Below the pieces are notes generated by a model. It was not told the origin of the DNA. It searched no databases and saw nothing but the letters and a program-made list of their open reading frames with translations. 64,000 nt of DNA from Phoronis australis (taxonomy: Eukaryota; Animalia; Phoronida), in NCBI GenBank assembly GCA_002633005.1, contig NMRA01000192.1:666669-730668 (forward strand), in the 5' to 3' direction. Positions 14,101 through 27,618 of the stretch are shown piece by piece. The stretch's first letter is position 1; each line of letters opens with the position of its first letter. Made by a program: the position numbers and the translations under genes.

Positions 14101-17100
14101 AATTTCTATTTCTTAACAATCACATGCACAATGCAATATGAGTGCAAGAGAGGGCCACAGCCCCTCTGATGTCAACCTGTCGTCATGAGATACCTCCTCT
14201 GACAAAACACGCTAGCGGCAATTGTTGAACCAAGGACACTCAATATTTCAAGAGTCACGCATGAAACAGCATGGTGCAAAGCCGAAAAGGAAAGTCGGCG
14301 CGCAAGGAGACGCGTTAGGCTTTATCTTCGCCACCTTTGGCAGGGACTGAAGAGCCATACAAGACCGAATAGTGATTATACAAAGAGACCAACATCATAG
14401 TGTCTGGAAGCTGACGGGTGGCTACCAGATATATCAGTCATACTTACTTGGTTATTTTAGCATTTGAGCAAGATTCCTGGGAGCAGTACTTTGTCGCCAG
14501 TCCTGCTAGGGAAACTCTCGTATCATCCTGAACTTGGAGAGTGTACTACAACAATTGAGAAATCGGAGGAAATTATCACAGTTTGTTCAGTGGAATCAGG
14601 ATGTAGTTTGTTGATAATCGGGAAAGATAATGTTAGTTCATCGGGTCATTTTCTAATTTAAAAAAAATCGCAGATAAGGCCTGTAGCTTGGCAGCATTAC
14701 GCTGGAGTGGCACCTGGCCCCAATAGTTTCTATTTTACTACATGCCTCATTGTGCACTAAACGGTCCCTGATGAGTACTACCAAGGAAATTACGCAATTA
14801 AATTCTGTTTCAAGGCAAGTTAACGATATTCAAAGGTGAACAAAATGAGGACCAAATAAAATAGACGAGGTTTCTGGTACATGTATATTGAAACAAGACA
14901 GCTAGGAGTTCCGAAAGAGGTGTAGTTGTTCTACTACAATATGCCAGGAGCCTCCTTTGTTTAGTTTTATTCCATCATACGCTGAAATTGGCAACGTTGC
15001 GTTTTCTTTTTCTCCGTCAATGAGAACCATTTATAAAAAACTCTATACACAAAACTTGATTGATACATATATTCCTTTTTGTAATGATTACAACGTACAC
15101 GATGCACTCGGCAAGGTTGGGAACACATGGTCATGTTTTTTCTGAATTATACAAGACGACAGAATTACACGAGTGGATGGCCAGAAAGACATACATTGAG
15201 TCCGTTAACAGCTGACTACTGAAAAGTAGACATGCTCCGTGTGTGAATCTGTATTTCATTTTTCTGGGTGTTGGTTTCTATATTATTATTATTTAGTTTA
15301 TAATAATTTAGCCCACGGTGTCTCTTGGCGTTTTGCTTCACAGCTGCACGCCCAAATAGGAAATTGTATAGAGAATACGAACGAGTATACATCAGGCTGT
15401 CTAGCAAAATAGAGTTGTGTCAATGTAGAGTTGGCCGGTACCAAAGTATAATAATTTTTAAATGTATACAAATGACCTAGACTATAATATAACCTAATTC
15501 GTTAAATCACAAATAATATCCCACTTACATTTTTGATTGGAATTTTCACATTCAAAACCACTGTGTTCTGCATTTCCGACACTGTTACAGATTCAGTCAG
15601 CTTAACTGGTGGTTTCTCAGATTTCGGAATAACTGAAATAGCAAAAGGGTAGGTTATAGTCATGGCTATCGCCAAAGTACGTCATCTGGTAGTTGTCAAG
15701 CGAGAGTATACACTGCTTTCAAAAAGTCTCATTCATTTCGCAAGTTCTGGTAGATCATTGTGAAACCCATACCAACATATCTTCGCTTTCACTGCTACAC
15801 TGAAACGTTATTAGGTATATAAGTTTTTTTCTGCATTGATACTTACATTTGCACTCGCCATCTACTAGTTCTAAGCCAATCTTACATGGACACGTGAAGG
15901 ACCCAGGTTGGTTAGAGCAGTCCTGGGTATCATTGCACGTATCGGTACCTTCTATGCATTCGTTAATGTCTACAAAACATAAATCACATCAGTGTAGATA
16001 ATTACTCTGTGCCAGTTTCCAGAAGACAGAAAACAATACTTTCTGCTTTAGCGGACCCCACAAATGTTTCTAAAGCCAGATCGTTAGTTGTTGAATACAT
16101 AGTTTCTAATTCCGGAAAAATGTCACAATACAGGTTTTTGGAGGAAAACAAAGAAGTTTTAGCAAATATGTTTAAGTTTAATTTTAAATTTCTCATACTG
16201 TGGCACTATAAAGAAAATGGCCGCTACATTGAATTTTACTGAACTGCACAATTTATCAGCTCATACTTAATTGAAAGTAAAAACGCCTGCAATCTTGTAA
16301 TTCATATGTATTCCTGTTTAAGTCACGTGTCTCGACTGACTTGTGAAACTTATTCTGTGCTCTAAATTTATGTAAACAAAAGATAAAGAATTTAAACTCA
16401 ATGAAAGTTCTTCATCTTGGAAAACAGTCACTCTGAGCTGCTTCACTGCGGCTGGTCTAGATATTCTACGTGTACGGGTATCTATTAGACCTACCCTCAC
16501 AAGTATAACCGTCCGCCATTAACGTGTAGCCATTCTTGCAAGAACATGTGTAACTCCCGTCAGTGTTCGTACAATTCTGGCTGCACCGATGTTTGCCAGT
16601 GCTGCACTCATTCTCGTCTGTAAACACATAAAAGATACTGAGACGTTCATAGTTAATAACCGACTTGCTACCGTTTGGGGTCCGTTTGTTCAATCAAAAC
16701 ACTGTACCTACACCTAAAAATATTAGAAATAACATATGTTGAGATCGGATCAGATTATACAGCCTAAGTTAGTAAAAAAATACAATAAAATCAGGCACAT
16801 GCATTGTATATCTGCTTACATGTAAAAAGCATGCTTATACATTCTTCTCACGTTTATTGACTGCAAAATGCACAACTAATGCCATTGGACATAGGTTCAA
16901 AAAAGTCAAGAGATGAACGCTCTCTACACATAGGGATGTTCTGAAATGTGAGCTCTTTCTGCCATTCATACATGTACATTGTACCTGCGGCCATTCACAC
17001 ATATTTATTCACCAGACAGGTGAAATTGGTTTTTAGCACTTTTAAGGACAGTTATCAGCTTTGCTTTTTACATCGACCCATTTATTTGGTCTCAATAAGG

Positions 17101-20100
17101 TACGCGTAGCGAGCAATGAGTTACGTGTTAACTCACTGAACTCACTCACCGCTGAGGAAGGACAAAAATAACCTTCAGTAACAAAGTTACTAAAAGATAA
17201 AGGACATTTGCGTGTAGTGCTTTAGCTTGCCTTTTCTAATAAATTGATCTTTACCTGAACATGTTTTGCCAGACGTCAGATATCCTGCTTTGCATCCACA
17301 TGTTTCGGTTCCATTCATCATGACACACCAGCCGCGTGTCAAGTCACACCCGGCGTTGCCAGTACATTTTATTGTTGCTGCAAGGTAGACAGAGCATGAA
17401 AATGAAATCATTATGTTGAGAATTCTGACCGCTAGGTGGACAAGAGAAGTCGCCATTTTCCTTAGCGTTACGTACACTTCCTCTGTTTTACATGTACTTT
17501 AAGATAATTGTCGTAAAATAGGCATAGTCATGATTGGAGCTTAAGAAACGCCATCTGTCGACGACAACTTTAACAGTCTCACGCCGCTAAGAATTAGTTG
17601 TAAGCTACAGTACACCTCTTGATTCTCGTCCGGTCAATACACAGATGAAATGATACACCAAGTTCAACCGGTGCGTTATGTCTGCGGGCAAGAACGTCCT
17701 TCGTTTTAACCGGCGTCTACAGTAAACTACTCACGCAGGCATGACTTTCCGTCAGCTTGCAGGGAGAAGCCGCCATTGCAAGAACAGTTGTAGGAGCCCG
17801 CAGTGTTCGTGCACACCTGGTCACAGTCACTTGCTGGCTGACATTCGTTGATATCTGAAAAAAGATTCCTCGTATTACATCCACAGACCTTCACAGCTTC
17901 TCATGTCATAGTAGATACAAACTGCACTTCTCGGGTTGGCATCGATATCACTTGTGGACACAGAATAGCTGAGGCGACCAAGAAAGTAGCGTTTGAAATT
18001 CTCATCATCAGTTTTGGCTACAACTGTAAAGTTTTAGCTCTCGCCAGTTTTGTTACTGCATTCCAACCACGATATGTAAAGATTCAAAATTGCACTGTTT
18101 ATCTGGATATTTACTCTCATAAAATGGATCTCGTAGCATCCAGACTTTCTGTTCCTATACCAACTTAAGTAACAGACAATGCGTTCAGTCGCCATTTTCG
18201 AATTACGAAACTGTAGAGATGACCAACCCCAATAATGTGCGAGGCCTTTTCTTCATTTGCTGATCGCTTCTACATTCTTATTGATGACGGAAATAGAATC
18301 TTGTTACTGTAATGGATATTATGATGCCGATTTTGTGAGAGTAAAAAGCTAAATTCGATTTTTGTTTTAAGCCAGATAAACAGGGCGTAATACAGCTTTA
18401 AGTGCACACAATCTTTTAAGATTGTGTGCACTTAAAAAAAGACACGCTACCTGTTACTTTTATAATGTTCTTAGCATGTACATTTCAAAGTACTGTATGA
18501 TGAATAACGAAAATTCTGTTCTTAATTGTCATTTATTTATAGCTCGTACACGAACGCTATATACATGTAGCCTTGTTCTCAGATCTTAAGAGGAAGTTAC
18601 ACGCGAGATCCCGCAACTCATTTCGAGTTATTTCCATGTATATACTTAGTGTACCAGCTTCATTTACCACACATGTATCAATCGCAATCGATCTCACCTT
18701 CACAGGATTTGTTGTCTGATTTCAGCAAATAACCACTGTCACAACTGCATGTGTATGAGCCGTCCGTATTTAGGCAAACTTGAGTGCATATATCCGGGGT
18801 CTCGACGCATTCATCTACATCTTTAAAGTAAAGACACGAAATTGTTACCTTAAGACAATGGCGTACTCTAAACTGAGTAAGGAACAACATAAGGCCCAGT
18901 TAAAAATGGTGAATAGTCTTAAGTCACAGCGTATGTCTAATAAAAGATGTGAGTGGCTTATATCTGTTGAAAAACTAAATTAGGGGTGACGTCAGGGCTT
19001 TGAAAGAACCATGCTCAAAACATTGCACGCCGTGGGTGGCCTGAAATGTATTAGTTTGATCTGAAAAATGGAGCTAGAGCTCACTTATAAACTGAGCATG
19101 GAAGAAGATAAGGTCAGTTTTAAAATGGTAAATAGCCGAAATCAAAGCTTGTTTAGGACAGAAAGCACGGGTCAAATGCTGCTCTTAAAAATACATACCT
19201 AGACATTCATTTCCAACTTTGGTCGTGCCTGAAGGACAGTCACCACACTCAAAAGAGGCGTCCTTGCCCTTTTCCGGAGGTATAGGATAACACGTGACTC
19301 CAGTAGGACAGCCAGTAGGGTTTTCATCACACATGTTAATCTCCGATTCACACAAAGAGCCAGTGTAACCGGGTTCACAGGCACATGTGTTGATGGCAAA
19401 CCTGCACGTACAAAAATTCAGAGACGTGACATTAAACTGCTATGAAAACGCCTTCCGTTAAAAACAAGTTTTTGATTAAAGCTGTTCACATTTACACTGC
19501 TCTCGTCTTGATTGATACTCAAATTAAAGATGATTTTTGGGACTGGACAATTGATTAATTGTTATTGCTGGAGACCAAAGTCAACAAGTGGATTTGTCAC
19601 GGCGAGTCATTTATGTGCCGAATATACTGTAGCTTCACACAACAAATAAACTGACTGTTCTTTCCGTGTCCAGAACTCATTTATCATCCGGGTAGGGAAC
19701 ACGTTGTGACCTGTTTTCAAGCGGTAGGTGGGTTGAATCAAAAGTTCGTTTCTTTCTTGGGTTCATAGCATGATGTTCACTATACAATCATGTTAATTTG
19801 TTTTTCTAGATAAATGAATAGCATGAACTATTACTTTGACTCTCCTTCTGTTTCTTCTACCTCATCCGTGCAATTTCCGTTCACGCAAGCGCAGTAATGC
19901 ACTTCCGGTTGGTAGGTAGCCACTGCCTCAGCGCTATCCTGAAATTGGACACAAGGGTATAAATACATAAATGGTGTTTGTTGTGCTCACGTTTTGTGCC
20001 ACTTCACTGATGATTGGAAGCTAGCAGAATTTCACCAGCATCGTTCATTACCTCTCTGTTGAGTAAGGAATATCGAATAGAACACAGTCAACTTCACACA

Positions 20101-23100
20101 ATGCGCCCAGTCACACAACAGATGAGAACCTGATTTCATGTCGCTGTTTCGTCCGCCGGCAAATATGTTTTTTCATCACCTTTACTGGTCTTTGAAGGGG
20201 GGCGTTATTGTTTAGGGACACTGAGAAAATTACAGTTCACTTACTGTAACACTGATGTTTAATTCCAGTGGGTTTGTATTCGTCTTTAAGATGGTGATGG
20301 TTGCCGTGAGCCCGTTTACTGTTGCGTTGGCTTCACCAATGCCGGTGAAATCCCAAGTTAAAGCATCATTATTTTGGTCATATGCCGTGACGACGATACT
20401 CTGTTGGACTCCTTTTACTAAGCTAATGGTGTCTGGTCCAGTGATATTTGGAGCAAAATTTTCTGTAAGAAGATTCTCAACTTAATATCTTTAATAATGC
20501 ATTCCACAGCTTATAGTGCTAAAACAAAACAGTTTACTGTCAATAATTATTCGCATCGTAAAGCAGTTACAATAAACCTCCTAGGAGTACTGTATTGATG
20601 CCGAATTAGGAAGACTAGGGAACAAACTAAAGACATCCAACATGGATATAAAGGAAACAAGTAACCACATTATAATGGTTCGATGAAAATACATTGCAGG
20701 AAACAAATTGGCAATGGCCTGCTGCAATCTCAGAAAATGCTTACCTCTTTAAACCATTTATATTACAACAAAAAACAGTTCATCTTTTAAGAGGAGTAAG
20801 ACCTGGCTACTTTTCGTGTTTGGGAATAAATCTTTATGAATGGTGATGAACGGGGTACAAAATCACAATAACTCACCAAGGTCTTTCGACGCTGCCTGGT
20901 TGCTCTCCTCCTCCTGTTTCGTGGTGTTCCCTATGGCAAGGTTACCAGTCGCTGCCACGTCAAACAGGCATTCCTTGTTATCACCGCAGAGATCCTTGGC
21001 TTGCTGTTCAAAGGTTGCATTTGGAAACGTGATGTTGTCAGTGAAGATTGGTATGAACGTTTTGTCTGTGAAGGTCGAGTGGTTTGTACCGTTTCGATAT
21101 CGGAAGATGTTCAACAGTTTCTCATTCGAGCCGTCGACCTCCCCTAAACATACCAATAATACACCACTTCATGTGCTATATGGTCATGATGAGAGGTCGA
21201 TTACAACTTCCTGTAACGTCAACAGTTCAAGATATTTGGTACCCAGACACGTATTCACTAGAACACAAACGACAATATATTTGACGTAGCGGATATCATG
21301 CAAGAATTCACTGTACTACTTACATTTCTGACCAAAGTTATGGAATATTTCGGATTCGCTGGAATTCACAGACAGGACAGTCCCATCCGGTAGGGTGAAG
21401 TCATCACTCGAATTCCCGTTGTACGTCCCCAGGAGTCCCTCTGTACTAATCACGTCTTCCGGAACAAGCGTGGACACTGACAGCATTCCCTAGACAGGAA
21501 AATTTTAAGTATCATGAAGACGTTCTAGGCGGAAACCTTCCACATCTTGCTGCATAAACAATCGTTTAATAAAAGGATGTTTATCTTCCACTGGTTAACA
21601 GGGTGTGGTAATGTGAATTTTGGAACAAACGGACTTTAAATGCAGATAATTGACTTGCTTTTATTTTTCCGCATGTCGGGTCGTAAGACAGCTCATGTCC
21701 TTTATCTACCGTATGCCTGCTTGGTTCGTTCATCTATTAATGTTCATCTTACGGCTTTCTCATCACAGGCTAACAACTTACATTCGCAGCCGATAACTCC
21801 AGAGATACACCTTCGTCTCCAGTCAACAACACGATGCCTTTGTCATTTAGCCGGAACTGGTAAGTTTCGGGCACGCCATCCAGGGTTTTAGATTCGTTGG
21901 AGGCAAGCGTTGATGTGTCCAGTTTGGTGTTGTTATGGTAACAATCAATGCTGTCTTGGTTTTTCACCTCACATTGGACAGCGCTCAGATTTCCAACCGC
22001 TACGGCCACAGCAATGAAAGCCGAAGCGGACCCACCTTCAAGGATAATGTCCATCACTAAATGATACATACATACACTGGAATATCGATTTTGATTGTTC
22101 TAGTCTACTTTACCCGTCCCCACTAGGGTACAGCTTTATAGTTCTGGGAACAAAAGCGCTTACACGGGTGGCAGAAGGTTTCCGGCTCAATTCCTGTTGC
22201 AAATGTAGTGTTTTCAGAAATAAAACATATTCTGAAGCATTTAACTGCCACTGTATCATGTCAGTGGAGAAATTTGATGCGCATCATTGGCCTAGCTTAG
22301 GTCAAACAATAGTGATATTGAATTGGAAGAATCGTCGGACAGTCACGTGATTTAGGAAAACGTCTTCTCCGCTCAACATTTCCGCTACGTGATATTTCCA
22401 GCATGGACATGTCACATGTTAACGAAATTGTGAAACGTGTGACAAAAGACAATTTCATGTACATGAGTAATCAATATCACATCATGACATCTGAGGAAAA
22501 GTACATGGTGGAAATTACCGCTTGCTGGCCCCGTTCTCGTTTGAACTCTGTAGCTGGTGTTGGATGAGGTGACGATGTTCGACATGACGTATTCTCCCAC
22601 TCCATTGAAGGTGTACTGATGACCGTCCAAAGTCACTAAGTGAGGATCTCCCCAAAACCACCCTTAAGAAGAAACGTAGCAATAGTCATTTAATTACATA
22701 GCCTCGGTTTCACAGTTTGAGATCACATGGTAACATTTACTTTAAGACACAAGTTAATAAAAAATGCACTAAGCACATTGGTTTGGTTGTGACAGAAACA
22801 AAGAATATACGGCTGCAGCAATGCTGCGAGAGAAAAAATGCCGATAAACAAAACCACAATGTTGGTGACAGCCACTTACTTCGCCTTGGTGGACGATAGA
22901 ATAACGAGTCTACCACTGGACGAATTCTGTAGAATCTTCTGCAGAACCTACTCTTCGTCGTCTTTACACAACAATAGTCGTGCATTTCTAAGTCGTATGT
23001 AGGATTCTTAAAGAGAAAATGGAAGACATTTTAACCTAATTAGAAACAAACTAGTAATGCAGGCCAATTATCCATACGAACTTGGTCTCGCAAATTTTCT

Positions 23101-26100
23101 TGTCGTGACAAGACTGTATTGCAGTTGTTGTTGAGAACATTCACAACATTTATGGCTTCATAGGCCAGTCTTAATCTTTTCATAACTTGATCGCTTAAAA
23201 TCAATTGCGTTTATCTCTCAAATTCAAAAGAATGATTTATCAGATGCTATCTTGACAAGATTTTTTAAATGTTAAAACATCCGCTTTGATGGGTTTGATT
23301 GGGACATTTCTTGATGATACGCTGTGAACGTAGTCGAAGTGCAGTTTTTGCTGGAAGGTTTTGTTTCGTGAAACAATTATCCCGCTAGGTTATACATTGC
23401 ATGTGGACGCAGGTGATGAAATTGTTGAACCAAATTACATTTTTACTACTAAACCAAATTACAATAAAAATATTCAGTATGGTGTGAGTATTAATTTGGA
23501 TATAAATAAAGCGGTCAAACTGCAATTGTGTCCTGTTAAATGTTTTCTCCAAAATATGCAAATTATGTTAGTCAAATGAACAAAATCAGTTGTGACACTA
23601 GCCGCGAGAAAACATGTCTGGCTGCAGACGATTTTCGACACGTGACCAAATAAATTGCACTGGGAGCAGGTAGGGGAGATTTAATTGTAAGTGTGAAGTA
23701 TCAAAGACCGTCAAAGAGGAATAAAGTTTACTTAAAGGTAAGGCTGAGCTTGTTGGAATTTCTGGTTTTCAGTGTATTTTCGCATGAAAAATATCTTCAC
23801 CTCCTCCTGGCGATTATTGACGGTGAGCAAAATACACATAAGAGCAACCAGTCTTACCCTGAAAGAAAAGTTAGTGGACCAACTAATATCCTATCGGCCA
23901 GGGCGTTCAGTACCTCTGGTTCAATATTACGGCTATGTCTAGAAGATGTGTCTATTTTCGTACAGTTGCTCAAGACGAATCTTTGCCTGTTCCGTCTGTG
24001 GATAGCGTGATACGTCACATGCACAAAGGCTTATGGGAAATCGTTCTGACAAAGCAGACAACTGTACCGACTTGTCCTAACAGAACTACCGGAGGCCGTC
24101 GAACGTATGCACTGTAGCTTAATGCAGCATCGAGTGTGGAATTCGGAAGAAACGAAAAGGTGCTTTTTCCGTAGACGCAATACACTAGCTCACGAAAACG
24201 CACGATCACGCGAGTCTTCGCGAGAAATTGTGATGCCTTACCGGCAGAGTATGTGACCACATGAGTTCACTCGCGCGATTCTTGCCTCTAAAATGGACAG
24301 ACTGATGTGGCATGCTAACGCTAAGTTGGTGATTTTTTTTGTAAATAAAGTCTTGACACGCAAACCAATCTGCGAGTGTACCATTGGAAGTTGACAAGAG
24401 AAAACACATATTAAAACCAGTACTTTCCATGGAATACCCCGTGATAAAATGGCAAATGAAATTCTAACTTACATTCATCAGGAACCCGTTCTTGAGAGGG
24501 TTGTACCAATACAGTCCTCTACGCCATTGAACGGGGTAACAACACGTGTATTGCCGTCGCCCTCTTCGCACGAAACACAGCCTGTCCTCCTCGTAATTCC
24601 AAATTATGAAACGGAACCTGTAAAAGTTACTTCCGCAAATGATATCGAGCATGTAGCCATAGATTTCGATTAAATTCTCGCAAGCATTTAAATCCAACAA
24701 ATAGTTAAATCAGGAACAACACTGATTAAGTAGATCAGTTTTCGGCCATAGTAGGGTCAAAAACGGACAATAACCGCACAAATAAAAAAGTTCATATTGG
24801 TTCGACATTTCGCCAATTCATTACTCAATTAACTGATACTGAATTAGCACTCCTTAGCAAAGCGTTAACTTTCAGTATCCCCATCCATCACATCAATGCC
24901 ATAGACTCTAAAGCACCGTTCGAATCACTCTACAACAAGATCGCTTCTACCCTAATCACCGACAAGATGATGCTCAAACATCGCCTTCGGGAACTGTTAT
25001 CGCTACATATATGGTAACCGTTAAAACAGTGACCAACTTCAGAATCTCACCCCGGATGAATACCAGTTATTGTGCGACGGTAAACAAAATAATGGCCCTT
25101 TTAATCATGGACTCAGAAATAAAATAATGGCCGGCACGACAATAATAATATATTAAGTGGAAAGTAGCATACAAATCGCCCACAGCAACGCACAGTTCGA
25201 GATCTACCTCCGTTGTGTATTAGGATGGGACCTTTACCCTCATTTTTCATCGTTTTTGTTACCACGAATCTATTCCAAAGGAAGAAATGTTAACACCTTT
25301 GTGAAATGAAATCCGGTTGCGTTGTTTTCTCTAAACGTGTGCCTATTTATATTTTCGTTTGCATAGGCCAGCTGTTGTTCACATAATACCTATCATAACT
25401 GAAACTTGTCAAAATATAGCCTATTGACATGCCAACATTGAAGAACTTTTCAAAATGTTTCAATAATATCAATTAAAGGCCAACAGGATTAAATGAAAGT
25501 GATGCCCTAATTCAAACTACACTGTACACGTATAGACGTTATTGCAGACAGGAGATAAAGATAACGTTGGATACCTTCCCCAGTCCCACCAGGCCTGTCT
25601 GTTGGTAGTAGGGCAAGCATCTCGAAACCTCAGGTAAACAGGTGGCGCATTCCTTATCATCTTCCGGCAAACTTGTTGCGGTTTTAAGTTGGAAGTCTCG
25701 TCCATTCTTATCATGTATTCGCCTCGTCTATCTGAATGGTGGCATTTAAAAAGCTTGTCATTGTAGAACGTTTTTGAAATCTCAGTTAAGATATTTTTAT
25801 TGTCTTGTAGAGTTAACAATATAACATGACTTATATCAATTTATAATTCTTAATTTAGCAAAAAAAATAATTGCAGGCGGTCTGATACACGTTGTACCAG
25901 ACGTGCGCAGGCCTCACATGTGGGCCCATTGCACTGATCACCTGGAAATATTTTTATGCTTTATTAATATATGGTTTAAACCGAGCTGAGGAGCTAGAAA
26001 TCTGGCTCAAGGGTTTAGCATTGTGACCTGGTGGGACCTGAACCCACAACCTCGAGTAAAGCAAGCGGGCACTTAATCAACCAGGCCACACTGCCTCCTC

Positions 26101-27564
26101 TCTTAATTTAGCAACAAAGACCTTACTTTTTAATAAAACAAAACCGGTTGAGCTAAATTATTTTTGTCGAAATATACTTTGGCACTTCTCAAACACCATT
26201 AACTATGAGAAGTTTTAGAAGGTTCTAGAATGTCAAAATTACCCGTGTTTCCGTTAACTTTGCCCAAGTTTCTCAACTTCTGTGCATTGCCACTTTCAGT
26301 TCGTTTCAGACATGTCTGACGTTTCAGTTGTCCAAAGCCGTCACCAACAGATACCCCGACCTCAGGCAAGGGATACCACCAGTAATCAAGTTTGTACTGC
26401 TGTTCAGACACTAGAGAATTATAACATGGATATAATTAAAACATACAACTTATAATTTCACTTGTATTCTTTATTTTTTCTAACGGAGGGCAAAAGGGGA
26501 CATGCGTAGAGAACACTGTACACCTACAAGAGTCCCAGCGACAAGACTGATGCCTAAGAAGGTTCAAAAACCAATTTTATACAAGTGGCAGCGTGATCAC
26601 ATTACATCAGCTCAGTGGTTAAGTCACGCAGTTACCATTTGTATGGTTTACTAAGGACAGACGGCCAATTATGTCGCAGCAGTTTTTTATTTGTTAGAAA
26701 TCTTACCTCTGTAAATCCAATTTATACCATTAGACGGATAGTTATACTTCACGAAACTATAAGTCTCATCCGTCATAACCACAGCTTGAAAACTGTTGCC
26801 CTGTAAAGAAAATGTGCTTTTTGATTTACGCCCAATTAAAACTCTTCTTCAAAAAATGCACATCCATAGCATTATAGCAATGTGTAAATTTTTTTACGTT
26901 TGCGAGGTCGTCGGCAATTTCATCTCAAACATAATTTTCGACAGCGGAAAATGAATAAGCTAATAAAACGCCGGTAAAGCCGGATTTCGCGCCTTTCCCT
27001 TGTACATGTACTTTCACTGAGAACACTGTTCGTTGAAGACTGAATCAACGTAACTCAAACTTTAAGTCTTGCAGCATAACGTTCAACCCAATAAACTTTT
27101 TGGAAACGATGAGGAAAAAGCGGTCAAAATTTATCAGTAATTTTATTTAAAACTTTATATAGAGATAGGTTATTAAATAGTAAGGGTGTGTATACATGTA
27201 CTGTACATACGGCCATCCGCCAATGTACCGTATTGGTAAGATTGACTTACCTGGACTCCTTGGAGTCGCTGTAAACACCTGTCTCTGTACTTTTGGCACC
27301 ATGAAGATCGACAGGAGGATGAAAAGTACCACCAGTAGCAGTAGCTCACATAAGAAACCATGTTTTCCCACGTCACCACCAAAACCCACGTGGGCTTGAA
27401 ATCTGGCGAGTAAAGTTAAATTGAACCATGTGGGGATGTAATCAGCATTGCTGGGCTTGTTTGAGAGACTACAGCAGCCGGTATTTTGTTAATTTGGCAG
27501 CTATTGTATATTGATGCACAATTACTAGCCATACGATACGTACATTGATATACATATATATGCG

Positions 27565-27618
<54 letters not shown>

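Noticed and set aside
26020-26097. tRNA gene
   Set aside because: A/B boxes present but no proper cloverleaf; TSD and body indicate a SINE head.
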